Source of the DNA: an uncultured delta proteobacterium
Lineage (GTDB): Bacteria > Desulfobacterota > Binatia > UBA9968
NCBI GenBank assembly: GCA_963745035.1
Contig: CAVUVW010000021.1
Span: 288,001 to 352,000 of the forward strand
Direction: 5' to 3'
DNA: 64,000 nt
The position numbers and the translations under genes are program-made. Positions within the stretch are counted from its first letter, which is position 1. The number at the start of each line of letters is the position of its first letter. Shown piece by piece: positions 53,124-62,454 of this stretch. The notes under the pieces were generated by a model, which saw nothing but the letters and a program-made list of their open reading frames with translations, was not told where the DNA came from and made no database searches.

Positions 53124-53154
53124 CGTTCAAGCCGTTCAAACTGTTCAAGCCGTC
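53124..53154 (+). repeat. 9-mer CGTTCAAGC-family array
   Basis: cgttcaagc cgttcaaac tgttcaagc cgtc, directly after the stop codon. Confidence 0.8.
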
Positions 53155-53187
53155 GGAGTTTGGGATTGATTCCCAGCAGAGGTTCTC

Positions 53188-54786
53188 GTGGTCGATAGTG
53201 AGTGGGACGTCATTCTGATCGGCGCGGGGCAAAACAATTTCGCCCTGGGCACCTATCTCGGCAAGGCCGGTCTCAAGACCGTGATCTGCGAGAGCCGGCT
53301 GGAGAACGGCGGGCGGCTCGCCAGCGAAGAGATCACTCTGCCCGGCTACTGGCACAACACGCTCGCTTACTTTCAAGACAACCGCGAAGCCTCGCCGGTG
53401 TGGAAAGAACTGGACTGGGCGAACGGCTATCATGCGGAGTTCGTCTCGCCGCCGGTGGTGAGCTCGTTGCTGCTTGGCAACGGACGGTCCATTTCACATC
53501 ATCAGTCCTGTGAAGCCACGGTTTCCGGGATCGGAAAATATTCGCGTAACGACGCGGCGGCATGGCGCACAACGGATGACCGCTTTCATAAACTCATTCG
53601 CGACTACATCATTCCCTACTATCATACCCGTCCGGAGAAGACGGGTGGCATCCTGCAAAAGCTCGGCGCAGAGCCTCACGGCAAAGAATTCCTCCGCCTT
53701 TGGCAGATGACGCCGCGGCGAGTTGTCGATGAGCTTTTCGAAAGCGACGCGGTCAAGACCCTGGTCCTGTCGCAGATGGCAATCCCGCGCGGCGTTGCAT
53801 CAGACTACCCGGGCGGCGGGATCGAAGTCTTGAAAATAATCGCGGGTGACGAGAAGCCCGAACTCGCGCGCGGCGGCTCCCATTCGATCGCCCAGGTCTT
53901 GCAGCGCGCCTATGTTCACAGCGGCGGCCAGATCCGTGCCGTGCATCACGTCGAGAAAATTCTCGTCGACGATAATGGCCGGGCCGTCGGCGTGCGGCTG
54001 CGCGATGGACGCGAATGGAAAGCGCGGATCGCTGTCGTGTCGAATAGCGACCCATACTCGACCCTTATCGACATGGTGGGAGAAGACTATCTACCGCGAA
54101 CGTTTGTCGAGCGGGTGAAAGATATCCAGCTCGATGAGTTCTGCTATTTCCAGGTTCATCTGGCTCTCAAGGCGCCGGTCCGATACGCCCTATATGAAGC
54201 TGATGACGGAGCCGTCGCTCAGGCTATGAACGTCAACATGGGACCGGAATCGCCAGGCGATATCGACGAGATGTGGCGCGAGATTCGAGCGGGCGAGTTC
54301 CCCGAGCATATGGGCCTGCATGCCATCTGCCCGACGGCTTTCGATCCTTTGCAGGCACCGAAGCCGAAGCATGCCGCGTCGGTATACGTTCCGGTTCCAT
54401 TTCAATTGAAGGGCAAGAATCCAGAAGACTGGGTCAAGCTCAAAAACACTTTTATGGAGAAAGTCTTGAACGTCTGGCGGCGCTATGCGACCAATCTGAC
54501 CGACGACAACATCGAAATGAAAGTGGCGATGGATCCTTTTTATATGTCCGGCCGCTGGCCGAACATGCGGCGCGGCTCGGTTTGGGTCGCGCGCAAGATT
54601 GCCACACAAATGGGCGAGCAGCGGCCCATCGAACAGATCGCCGACTATCGCACGCCGATCCAGGGGCTCTACCAGGTAGGAGTCGCCATGCATCCGGCCG
54701 ACGCGGTCATCGCCGGCTCAGGATACAACTGCTGGCAGGTTATGAAGGAAGATTTGAAACTTTCGAAACCTCCGATAACGATTTGA
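53188..54786 (+). CDS. Phytoene desaturase-family (CrtI/CrtO/PYROXD2-like) FAD oxidoreductase, copy 1
   Basis: DVILIGAG, RGGSHSI, DPLQAP, YRTPIQGLY, GYN. Confidence 0.85.
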   Translation: MVDSEWDVILIGAGQNNFALGTYLGKAGLKTVICESRLENGGRLASEEITLPGYWHNTLAYFQDNREASPVWKELDWANGYHAEFVSPPVVSSLLLGNGRSISHHQSCEATVSGIGKYSRNDAAAWRTTDDRFHKLIRDYIIPYYHTRPEKTGGILQKLGAEPHGKEFLRLWQMTPRRVVDELFESDAVKTLVLSQMAIPRGVASDYPGGGIEVLKIIAGDEKPELARGGSHSIAQVLQRAYVHSGGQIRAVHHVEKILVDDNGRAVGVRLRDGREWKARIAVVSNSDPYSTLIDMVGEDYLPRTFVERVKDIQLDEFCYFQVHLALKAPVRYALYEADDGAVAQAMNVNMGPESPGDIDEMWREIRAGEFPEHMGLHAICPTAFDPLQAPKPKHAASVYVPVPFQLKGKNPEDWVKLKNTFMEKVLNVWRRYATNLTDDNIEMKVAMDPFYMSGRWPNMRRGSVWVARKIATQMGEQRPIEQIADYRTPIQGLYQVGVAMHPADAVIAGSGYNCWQVMKEDLKLSKPPITI

Positions 54787-54863
54787 ACGGCTTGAACCTT
54801 TTGAACGATTGGAACGAACTGTTCGTTCAAGCCGTTCAATAGTTCAAATCGTTCAAGCCGTTT
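54783..54863. repeat. 9-mer family inverted array forming a long hairpin
   Basis: ttgaacggc ttgaacctt ttgaacgat tggaacgaac t gttcgttcaagc cgttcaat agttcaaat cgttcaagc cgttt. Confidence 0.85.
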
Positions 54864-54874
54864 AGGACAACTGA

Positions 54875-56501
54875 ATGATGGCTAAAATCTTAGAGTACGA
54901 CGGCGTCGTCATCGGCGCGGGGCACAACGGGATGATTTGTGCCGCGTACCTGGCCAAGTGCGGCCAGAAGGTCATGGTCGTCGAGAAGAATATGGAAGTC
55001 GGCGGCGGTCTGGACTCCCACGAGGACCGCAATTATCCCGGCTTCTGGCACAACATCCATTCGGTGTTTCATCGCGGCTTGATGATGCTGCCGTGGTTCA
55101 AAGACCTCGAGCTGGAGAATTTCGGCATTCATTACTACAGGCCCGATCCGGGGGTCGTGCATCATTTTCTCGACAAGACCTATCTTGGCTGGTTCGCCGA
55201 CGTAAAAAAGACCGTTGAAACCATCGAGCGTTTTTCCAAGAAAGACGCGGCGTCGTTCGTGGACATCTGGACGCGCTGGCAGCCGGTGGTGCAGAAGATC
55301 GTTTTTACCGAGACCTATGCCGTGCCGCTGCCGATGGAAGAGAAGCGGCCGCTGCTCGAAAAGATTCCCGAGGGCCGTGAGTATCTGAAGTACTTCGACA
55401 CTACGCCGGAAGAATTCGTTCTCAAGCACTTCGAGCATCCCCGCGTGCGCGCTTTCATCGGCTTTCTCGGCGTGATGCGCGGCTACGAGCTGGACGCGCC
55501 GCAGACGGGTTATTTGATTCCGGCGATGATCGCCTGGGGCGTCAACCCGCAACTTTGCCGCGGCACCTCCCACGCGCTCGGCGACAATCTCGCGCACATG
55601 ATGTCGCACAACGGCGTCGACTATGTCGAAGCCAACGGCGTCGAGCGGATTCTCGTGGAAAGAGGGCAGGCCACGGCTGTGGTGCTCGAAGACGGCACCG
55701 TGATCAAGGCGCGGAAGTTCATCGCCTCCAACGTCAATCCGGTGGAAACTTTCATCAAGCTTGTCGGCAAGGAGAATCTGGAACCGAAATTCGCCGATCT
55801 TGCGGGCAATTTTCGCTTTTCCAAGACGACGCCGATCTTTGCCGTCAATCTGGCCCTGAACGAACGGCCGAAGTACATCACCGAAGAAAAGCATCCGGAG
55901 GTCGCGGGCTCGTTCATGCACATCGTCGGCTTGGAGGAGTATCAGGACCTGGTGAATCTCTTCGAGGACTGCCGCAACGGTCAGCTACCGCGGAAACCGT
56001 TCATGAACGGCGCCACGCCGTCCTATCACGATCCGACCCAGGCTCCGCCGGGAAAAGCGACGGCGTTCATGTGGCAGCTCATGACCTACAATCTCTGGGG
56101 CAACCCGCTCAATTGGGACAAGGCGCGCCACGAATGGTTCTACAAGCAGCTCGCGGTCTGGCAAAAGTTCGCGCCGAACCTCGACGAGACTAATATACTT
56201 TCCACCGATTCGACGACGCCGCTCGACATCGAGCGCCACGATCGCAACATGTACTGCGGCGATTGGATGGTCGGTGAGTATTCCGGCGATCAGGCGCTGG
56301 AGAACCGGCCGTTTCCAGGCTGGGGCCAATACAAGACTCCGATCGACGGCTTATTCATGTGCGGCTCATCATGCCACCCGGGCGGTAACATCACCGGCGC
56401 TCCCGGCTACAACGCCGCGCAAAGTGATTGCCGAATCGCTGGGCATGAAGCCGTGGTGGAAACCGGTAGACATGCGCGAGCATCTCAAGGGACTGGCGTG
56501 A
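54875..56501 (+). CDS. Phytoene desaturase-family FAD oxidoreductase, copy 2 (frameshift near 56422)
   Basis: IGAGHNG, DPTQAPPGK, TPLDIE, YKTPIDGLFMCGSSCHPGG.ITGAPGYNAA; C-terminus in ORF ending 56501. Confidence 0.88.
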
Positions 56502-56510
56502 AGACGAGTT

Positions 56511-56594
56511 GGAGTATTGGAGTGATGGAGTGGTGGAGTGATGGGTCCGAAGCGCTTGGACCGTTCAAAGGTTCAACCGTTCAAAGTTCAACGT
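56511..56594 (+). repeat. Composite: GGAGT 8-mer array, hairpin, GTTCAA array
   Basis: ggagtatt ggagtgat ggagtggt ggagtgat; ggtcc-gaagcgctt-ggacc; gttcaa x4. Confidence 0.8.
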
Positions 56595-56613
56595 CGCAAG
56601 CCGAGAGGCAGTT

Positions 56614-57357
56614 TTGAGACTCACAGGCAAAGTCGCGATAGTTACCGGTGGCGCGCGCCATATCGGCGCGGCTTATTGTCGCAAGTTTTCCGAAGAGGGC
56701 GCGGCGGTAGTTATTGCGGATATTCTCGACGGCGAACCTGTGGCAGCAGAAATTAGAGCGAACGGCGGCCGAGCGCTTGCCGTCAAGGTCGACGTATCCA
56801 AAGAAGAAGACACGAATCGCATGGCGGCCGAGGCGGTGAAAGCCTTCGGCCGCATCGATATCCTGGTCAACAACGCCGCCATCTTCATCAACATCCAGCG
56901 CCATCCGTTCTACGAGATCAGCGCCGAAGAGTGGGACAGAGTTTCCGCAGTCAACATCAAAGGGCCGTTTCTCTGCGCCAAAGCGGTCTTTCCGCAAATG
57001 AAAGAGCAGAAGAGCGGCAAGATCATCAACATCTCATCATCCACCGCATACTGGGGCACGCCGAACTTTCTTCACTACGTCGCTTCCAAAGCGGCGCTGA
57101 TCGGGATGACGCGTTCCTTGGCGCGAGAGGTCGGGAGCCACGGCATCTGCGTCAACGCGATTGCGCCGGGATTGGTCGAGCACGAAGGACAGAATGCCCC
57201 CAAGGCGCTCACCGAGCTGCAACTCAAAGAACGGTCCATCAAGCGCCTCCAGACACCCGAAGATCTGATGGGAACGCTGGTGTTCCTATGCTCGTCAGAC
57301 AGCGACTTCATGACCGGCCAGGCAATCGTAGTGGATGGCGGGAGTATTTTTCACTAA
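56614..57357 (+). CDS. Short-chain dehydrogenase/reductase
   Basis: GKVAIVTGG, LVNNAA, YVASK, VNAIAPG, VDGG. Confidence 0.93.
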   Translation: MRLTGKVAIVTGGARHIGAAYCRKFSEEGAAVVIADILDGEPVAAEIRANGGRALAVKVDVSKEEDTNRMAAEAVKAFGRIDILVNNAAIFINIQRHPFYEISAEEWDRVSAVNIKGPFLCAKAVFPQMKEQKSGKIINISSSTAYWGTPNFLHYVASKAALIGMTRSLAREVGSHGICVNAIAPGLVEHEGQNAPKALTELQLKERSIKRLQTPEDLMGTLVFLCSSDSDFMTGQAIVVDGGSIFH

Positions 57358-57393
57358 AAGGTTTGTTGAATCGTAAATTGGAATGAGGTTGCG

Positions 57394-57879
57394 ATGAAAG
57401 GAAAAACACTAACGGCTCTCTTGATCTCTTGTGCAATTATAGGACTATTTTTTCCTCCAGCGTTTTCGGTAGACGCTCCACAATCGAAAGAGGCCAAACA
57501 AATTGCAGCGCTGGTCGACAAGGCGGCGGCTTTAGCTGAGAGTAAGGGAAAAGCCGCCTTCCCGGAATTCAAGAAGAAGGACAGTGAATGGTTTAAAGGA
57601 GAAACCTACATCTATATTCTTGATATGAAGGGCACTACGCTAGTGCATCCTGCCAATCCGGAACTGGAGACAAAAAGCACACTCGACCTGAAAGATGTGA
57701 ATGGAAAGGCTTTCATTCGGGAGTTCATAGAGACAGCCAAAAAAGGCTCGGGTTGGGTGGATTACATGTGGCCTAAACCAGGTGAAAAAAGCCCCTCCAA
57801 AAAAATAAGTTACGTCAAGAGTTCCAAGATGCCAAGCGGAGAAACAGTTGTCGTCGGGGCCGGAATTTTCGTGAAGTAA
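57394..57879 (+). CDS. Secreted stand-alone single Cache-domain protein
   Basis: Signal peptide, YIYILD..G..LVHP, LKDVNGKAFI, GWVDYMWPKPG, KISYV; AT-richer than flanks. Confidence 0.85.
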   Translation: MKGKTLTALLISCAIIGLFFPPAFSVDAPQSKEAKQIAALVDKAAALAESKGKAAFPEFKKKDSEWFKGETYIYILDMKGTTLVHPANPELETKSTLDLKDVNGKAFIREFIETAKKGSGWVDYMWPKPGEKSPSKKISYVKSSKMPSGETVVVGAGIFVK

Positions 57880-57953
57880 TAGGATGAGCATCGAAAACTA
57901 GCGCGTCCGTTTTCTAATGGACAGTGGCCGGTTTCGTTGGCTATATTTCGCCT

Positions 57954-58577
57954 ATGGCTGAACATGATCACGATCACGATGAAGGCTCCAATCTTTCCGA
58001 GATGGATCTGCGAGTGCGCGCGCTCGAGACGATCCTGGTCGAGAAGGGATACATCGAGACGGCCGCACTCGATCGCATCGTCGAGCTTTACGAAACCAAA
58101 ATCGGGCCACACATCGGGGCGCAACTTATCGCCAAGGCATGGACCGACGCTGCGTTTCGGCAGTCGCTTCTAGAGGATGCAAGCAAAGCGGCGGGCACGC
58201 TCACGCAAGTTGGACGAGTCGGTGACCACCTGCTGGCGATCGAGAATACGCCGCAGATGCATAACATTGTCGTGTGCACGTTGTGCTCGTGTTATCCGAC
58301 GGATGTGCTCGGCCTCCCGCCGACATGGTACAAGTCGTTCCCGTACCGTTCGCGTCTCGTAAAGGAGCCCCGCGCGGTGTTGGCGGATTTCGGCGTCGCG
58401 CTTCCCGCCGAGACGGAGATCCGGGTTTGGGATTCGACGGCCGAGACTCGTTATATGGTCGTGCCGATGCGTCCGGCTGGAACTGAGGGCTGGAGCGAAG
58501 CGCAGCTTGCCAAATTAATCACGCGCGACTGCATGATCGGCGCCGGCCTGCCGAAAAAACCAAGCGAGGTGGCCTGA
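57954..58577 (+). CDS. nthA: Cobalt-type nitrile hydratase alpha subunit
   Basis: VVCTLCSCYP (Co-type CTLCSCY), WYKS..YRSR, VWDSTAE.RY. Confidence 0.95.
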   Translation: MAEHDHDHDEGSNLSEMDLRVRALETILVEKGYIETAALDRIVELYETKIGPHIGAQLIAKAWTDAAFRQSLLEDASKAAGTLTQVGRVGDHLLAIENTPQMHNIVVCTLCSCYPTDVLGLPPTWYKSFPYRSRLVKEPRAVLADFGVALPAETEIRVWDSTAETRYMVVPMRPAGTEGWSEAQLAKLITRDCMIGAGLPKKPSEVA

Positions 58578-59236
58578 TGGACGGCGTTCACGATATGGGC
58601 GGCATGGACGGCTTCGGCAAGGTCGAGCCCGAACCGAACGAGCCGGTTTTTCATCATCGATGGGAGGGCCGCGTGCTGGCGATGAGCCGCGCCATCGGCG
58701 TCTTCCGCGCGTGGACGATAGATACCAGCCGTTATGCAATCGAATTGATGGCGCCGTCGATCTATTTGACCCGCTCCTACTACGAGAAATGGTTTCTGCG
58801 TAATCAAAACCTGCTCATCGAGCGCGGCCTCATCGACGCCGACGAAGTCGCCGCTGGGCACGCTCTGCGCCCCGCGAAGAATCTGACTCGCGGCCCGTTC
58901 ACATTCGCCGATGTGGAGAAGGTCACAAAACGTGGTTCGTACAGCCGCCCGGCGCCCGCGCCGGCGCAGTTCAAAGCCGGCGACCGCGTGCGCACGAAGA
59001 ACATTCACCCAACGACGCATACGCGCTTGCCGCGCTACGCCCGTGGTCGCGTCGGCGTGGTCGAGCGACTGCACGGCGCGCATATCTTTCCGGACTCCGT
59101 AGCCTCCGGCAAGGGGGAAGACCCGCAGTGGCTTTATACCGTGCGCTTCGATGCCCAAGAGCTTTGGGGCGCGGACGCGGACGCCAAATTAAAAGTCTCC
59201 ATCGAAGCGTTTGAGCCCTATCTCGAACATGTCTGA
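58577..59236 (+). CDS. nthB: Nitrile hydratase beta subunit
   Basis: MDGVHDMGG, WEGR, SYYEKW, HTRLPRY, LYTVRF. Confidence 0.95.
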   Translation: MDGVHDMGGMDGFGKVEPEPNEPVFHHRWEGRVLAMSRAIGVFRAWTIDTSRYAIELMAPSIYLTRSYYEKWFLRNQNLLIERGLIDADEVAAGHALRPAKNLTRGPFTFADVEKVTKRGSYSRPAPAPAQFKAGDRVRTKNIHPTTHTRLPRYARGRVGVVERLHGAHIFPDSVASGKGEDPQWLYTVRFDAQELWGADADAKLKVSIEAFEPYLEHV

Positions 59237-59624
59237 ATCATCCATCGATCCGGAAATCGCCCGGCACGCCGCGGAAGCAGTTCCAGGCATTCCGCGCGAC
59301 GAGAAAGGCCCGGTCTTTCGCGCGCCCTGGGAAGCCCATGCGTTTGCCATGGCGCTGGCGCTTTATGAAAAAGGTCTGTTCGCCTGGAGCGAGTGGGCCG
59401 CAATGCTCGGCGAGGAAATCAAGAAAGCCCAAGCCGCCGGCGATCCCGACACCGGCGAAACCTACTACCACCATTGGCTTGCCACACTCGAACGCATGGT
59501 CGCGGAAAAAGGCGCGACCTCAACGCAGGCGCTAACGGAGCATTACCAAGCCTGGGAGCGTGCGATGCACAGAACCCCTCATGGTAAGCCCATTGAGTTA
59601 AGAGCCGAAGACTTTCGTAAATGA
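59229..59624 (+). CDS. Nitrile hydratase accessory/activator protein (P14K-like)
   Basis: PVFRAPWEA.AFAM, F.W.EW, YY.HWL..LE, RTPHG. Confidence 0.9.
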   Translation: MSESSIDPEIARHAAEAVPGIPRDEKGPVFRAPWEAHAFAMALALYEKGLFAWSEWAAMLGEEIKKAQAAGDPDTGETYYHHWLATLERMVAEKGATSTQALTEHYQAWERAMHRTPHGKPIELRAEDFRK

Positions 59625-59779
59625 GGGGGCCCGAAGTAGGGCCTAACCTTGCCATCTTGCATCATCAAATCGGTATATGCTGCGCAGACAAGCCAGTGAA
59701 CAGAAAGGTTCGCGTCCCTTATTCCCTATAGTCAATACGAAGCCTGACACCGCTGCTGTCCCTTCACGCGATAGTTAGG

Positions 59780-60115
59780 GATGCCGAGCGAGGAGAATTG
59801 AGTCGATGGATACGGGGGTCAAATCGCGAGATGCTGCACAAGGGCGGCGGGCCCGGTTGATTTTGTTGCGCGCCGATGGCGAACGTTACGGGTTGATTCG
59901 CAACAAACTGGACTGCGACACCAACTTCATTGCTCGGTGGAAGATCCGGTTTGTGGATGAGCGCGTGGCGGGACTTTACTCGCCTCAGGGTGGTCGATTC
60001 GGCAGAACCTGGCAGACAACGACAACAGGCTCGCATTCTTAAATGGATTACCCAGAGAAAGCCCGCGGACGGCTCTACTCACTGGAGCAGTCGCAAATTG
60101 TCGTTTGGAACTCGG
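59780..60115 (+). mobile_element. Degenerate IS630-family transposase remnant (HTH region)
   Basis: RARLILL.ADG, IARWK.RF...R..GL, ARIL, KPADGSTHWSSRKL across shifted frames; no DDE domain. Confidence 0.75.
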
Positions 60116-60352
60116 CGATGTCTCGCCTATGAGCGATACGACCGAGACGGGGTCAGGCATAACACTCTCTACAATCTTTCCGAAGTGCCACGAGCGAATA
60201 CCGCGAGGGTGAGATCTTTACCTTTGCACGGCTACCAACTTGTCGAGCTGCCTCAGCTCGGACCAATCCCCGATCAAGCCACTGAGAGAAAGACCGCAAG
60301 AGTCTTACTTATGTGATTGCGCGCAGCCATGCTCCAAGCGCGGCCTTTACAG

Positions 60353-61411
60353 TTATCGCGCTGGAAGCGAGCCCTCGGCGGAAAGTTTTTTTAGCAGATC
60401 GATCACCTCGGCGTCGCGCGGCATTTCCCGGATCGCTTTCTCCATCTCTTCCGGCATGAGCGGCTCGGGGTCTTCGCCGGTAAGCGTTTTGTATTCGCGG
60501 TGAAATTCGGAGTCTTTGAAAGCCTTACGCATAGCATCCTGGAGAATGACGACCTTGTCCTTCGGTGTTCCCGGGGGCAAAGCGTAAGGCACGCCGACAA
60601 GTCTCAAGGTCCGGTACATGGTGAGGAGCTTGGCCTCGTTCTCGGATTTAGCAAAACTTTCGATCTCGGGAGTACGGCCGAAGCGGGGATGCTTGGCTCC
60701 TTTCGGAATCTCCAAGATCGCGTGGATATCCATCACGCTTTTTTCCACCCAATCCGGGTTGCGGTGCAGTAGCTGGGCGACATTATTCGCTCTGCCATCG
60801 AGCTCCCCGCGCAGTAGAGCGACCTCGATCTCCGGAGTTGTGTAGCCGACGATAAACTTCGGGTCTTTCAAACCCAGAAAGTACGCAAAGAGCCGACCGG
60901 CGATATAGTTCGGGTGTCCTACCGCTTGGGCGCCGAGCCTGAGGCTGGAAGCCGCTCGCAGCTTCTCGGGATTGCTCAAAGCGAGTTCCTTTCTTGTGTA
61001 CAGGATCTGATGCGAAGTGCTTTCCGATGCGCCGAGGTAGATGAACTTATCGATATCGTACATGACACCGGTCGCGCCAAGGACGTTCAGCGCGACTATG
61101 CTGCCGCTCAAGGCCCCTATGGTGAGCCCGTCCGGCTTCGCGACCTGGTAGACATGATTGGCTGCTTGCCGACCGCCGCCGCCGGCCTTGTGCTCGAGCA
61201 CGATCGTCGGATTGCCGGGGATATATTTCCGCAGAGTAGGAACGAGCGCCTTTGTGCGGTGATCTCCCGCTCCTCCGGGGGCGGTGCCCAGAACAATCAC
61301 TAGGGTCTTACCCTGATAAAAAGGAGCCTGCGCCAAGGCGCCGTCGGCAAGAACGGCTGAAACCGCAACTACGGTGACCCAAAACCGCACGATCAAGTGG
61401 TTCGTTCCCAT
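60353..61411 (-). CDS. Bug/TctC family substrate-binding protein
   Basis: Signal peptide from ATG 61411, FYQGKT, YIPGNPTI, KPDGLTIG, PPGTPKD. Confidence 0.88.
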   Translation of the reverse strand: MGTNHLIVRFWVTVVAVSAVLADGALAQAPFYQGKTLVIVLGTAPGGAGDHRTKALVPTLRKYIPGNPTIVLEHKAGGGGRQAANHVYQVAKPDGLTIGALSGSIVALNVLGATGVMYDIDKFIYLGASESTSHQILYTRKELALSNPEKLRAASSLRLGAQAVGHPNYIAGRLFAYFLGLKDPKFIVGYTTPEIEVALLRGELDGRANNVAQLLHRNPDWVEKSVMDIHAILEIPKGAKHPRFGRTPEIESFAKSENEAKLLTMYRTLRLVGVPYALPPGTPKDKVVILQDAMRKAFKDSEFHREYKTLTGEDPEPLMPEEMEKAIREMPRDAEVIDLLKKLSAEGSLPAR

Positions 61412-61422
61412 TGCAGACCTTC

Positions 61423-61495
61423 CCTCATCTCGATTGCTTGTGTACAACGTCGCGCCGAGTGAGCGCGCGCTCACGGCCAATAAACAATTGGTGCG
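61423..61495 (-). pseudogene. Possible PIN/VapC C-terminal remnant
   Basis: NCLLAVSARSLGATLYTSNRD resembles the PIN motif DxLIAxxA...ATLxTxNxxD. Confidence 0.4.
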
Positions 61496-61519
61496 GCATC
61501 TGCGAATTGTCGAAAAAAT

Positions 61520-61546
61520 CACCGCGGAGGCGCGGAGGACGCGGAG
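61520..61546 (+). repeat. Short CGCGGAG-periodic element
   Basis: caccgcggag gcgcggag gacgcggag. Confidence 0.55.
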
Positions 61547-61579
61547 TAAGTGGCATACGGCGATCCGGTTACTGCGCGT

Positions 61580-62338
61580 TTATTTGTGTGCAGGGTCGGT
61601 ATGCAAACGAGTCAATTCCGAGGCAGACATTGCTGCAACCTCCGACCACGTAATCAACTTTGCGCGATCAGGCAAATCCAAATAACGATGCGTTTCATTT
61701 CTAATGACATAGGGATACGGAGCGATCTCCAATAGATTGCGGTCGCTGGCCAACGGATCATCGGCGAAAACAAAGCCTATTCTCGCCTTCAGGGCCTCTT
61801 CGCTGACTCCTAAGGCATCCATCACGCCAATAATTTTGTTGCTGCCCATATTGAAATGAAGAACAATCCCAGAGCTCCAATCGATTCTCGAACCAGACAC
61901 GAAAATTTTTTCCAACTCCGTTTCCCGAATCCAACCTTTGAGCAACAAAGCATGGAGAAACCCAACAGCTCCTTCGTGATAATTCGTGGTCGAGAAGACC
62001 GCCCGAACGCCGCTGCGTATTCGGCCCTTTAGAAAATTAATCGCTTCCTTCCAGACTAGTCCCTCGTCAATCAGGTTGCCTGTTATTCGCTGGACTTCAC
62101 GGGTCACTAGATCTGAGCTGACACCAGTTTTGAGAAGTTTCAAACCTCTTTTCATCATTGTGAGAGAACGCTCAAAGGGATCCATTCCGCTCTGAATTTC
62201 GGTCTTCCATTCGGTAACATATCTATCGAATAGATCTTCGTCGGCGGATAGAGTTTTCGTGGACAGATACCAAAGATCGTGGCCCGGAATCGTCAGGGTT
62301 CCGTCAATATCATAGACGTCGAAAGGGCAGGCTTGCAT
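61580..62338 (-). CDS. HAD superfamily hydrolase
   Basis: DIDGT motif I, FSTT motif II, NK motif III, ADD...SD motif IV; AT-richer. Confidence 0.75.
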   Translation of the reverse strand: MQACPFDVYDIDGTLTIPGHDLWYLSTKTLSADEDLFDRYVTEWKTEIQSGMDPFERSLTMMKRGLKLLKTGVSSDLVTREVQRITGNLIDEGLVWKEAINFLKGRIRSGVRAVFSTTNYHEGAVGFLHALLLKGWIRETELEKIFVSGSRIDWSSGIVLHFNMGSNKIIGVMDALGVSEEALKARIGFVFADDPLASDRNLLEIAPYPYVIRNETHRYLDLPDRAKLITWSEVAAMSASELTRLHTDPAHK

Positions 62339-62454
62339 ATCGAGAATGTTTGGCCTCGCTCATACCACAAGGACGGCAACAACGAACGATAAACCTTCTC
62401 CGGCGACCCGCTCGGCCCGCGCTCACCTGCAACGTTCTTGTAGTTAATGCCGAT

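Noticed and set aside
53188-56501. Carotenoid biosynthesis cluster
   Set aside because: No phytoene synthase, GGPP synthase or cyclase in the window; family membership alone is not enough
46929-56594. Periodic repeats as a CRISPR array
   Set aside because: Units are 7-9 bp, with no unique spacers and no cas genes
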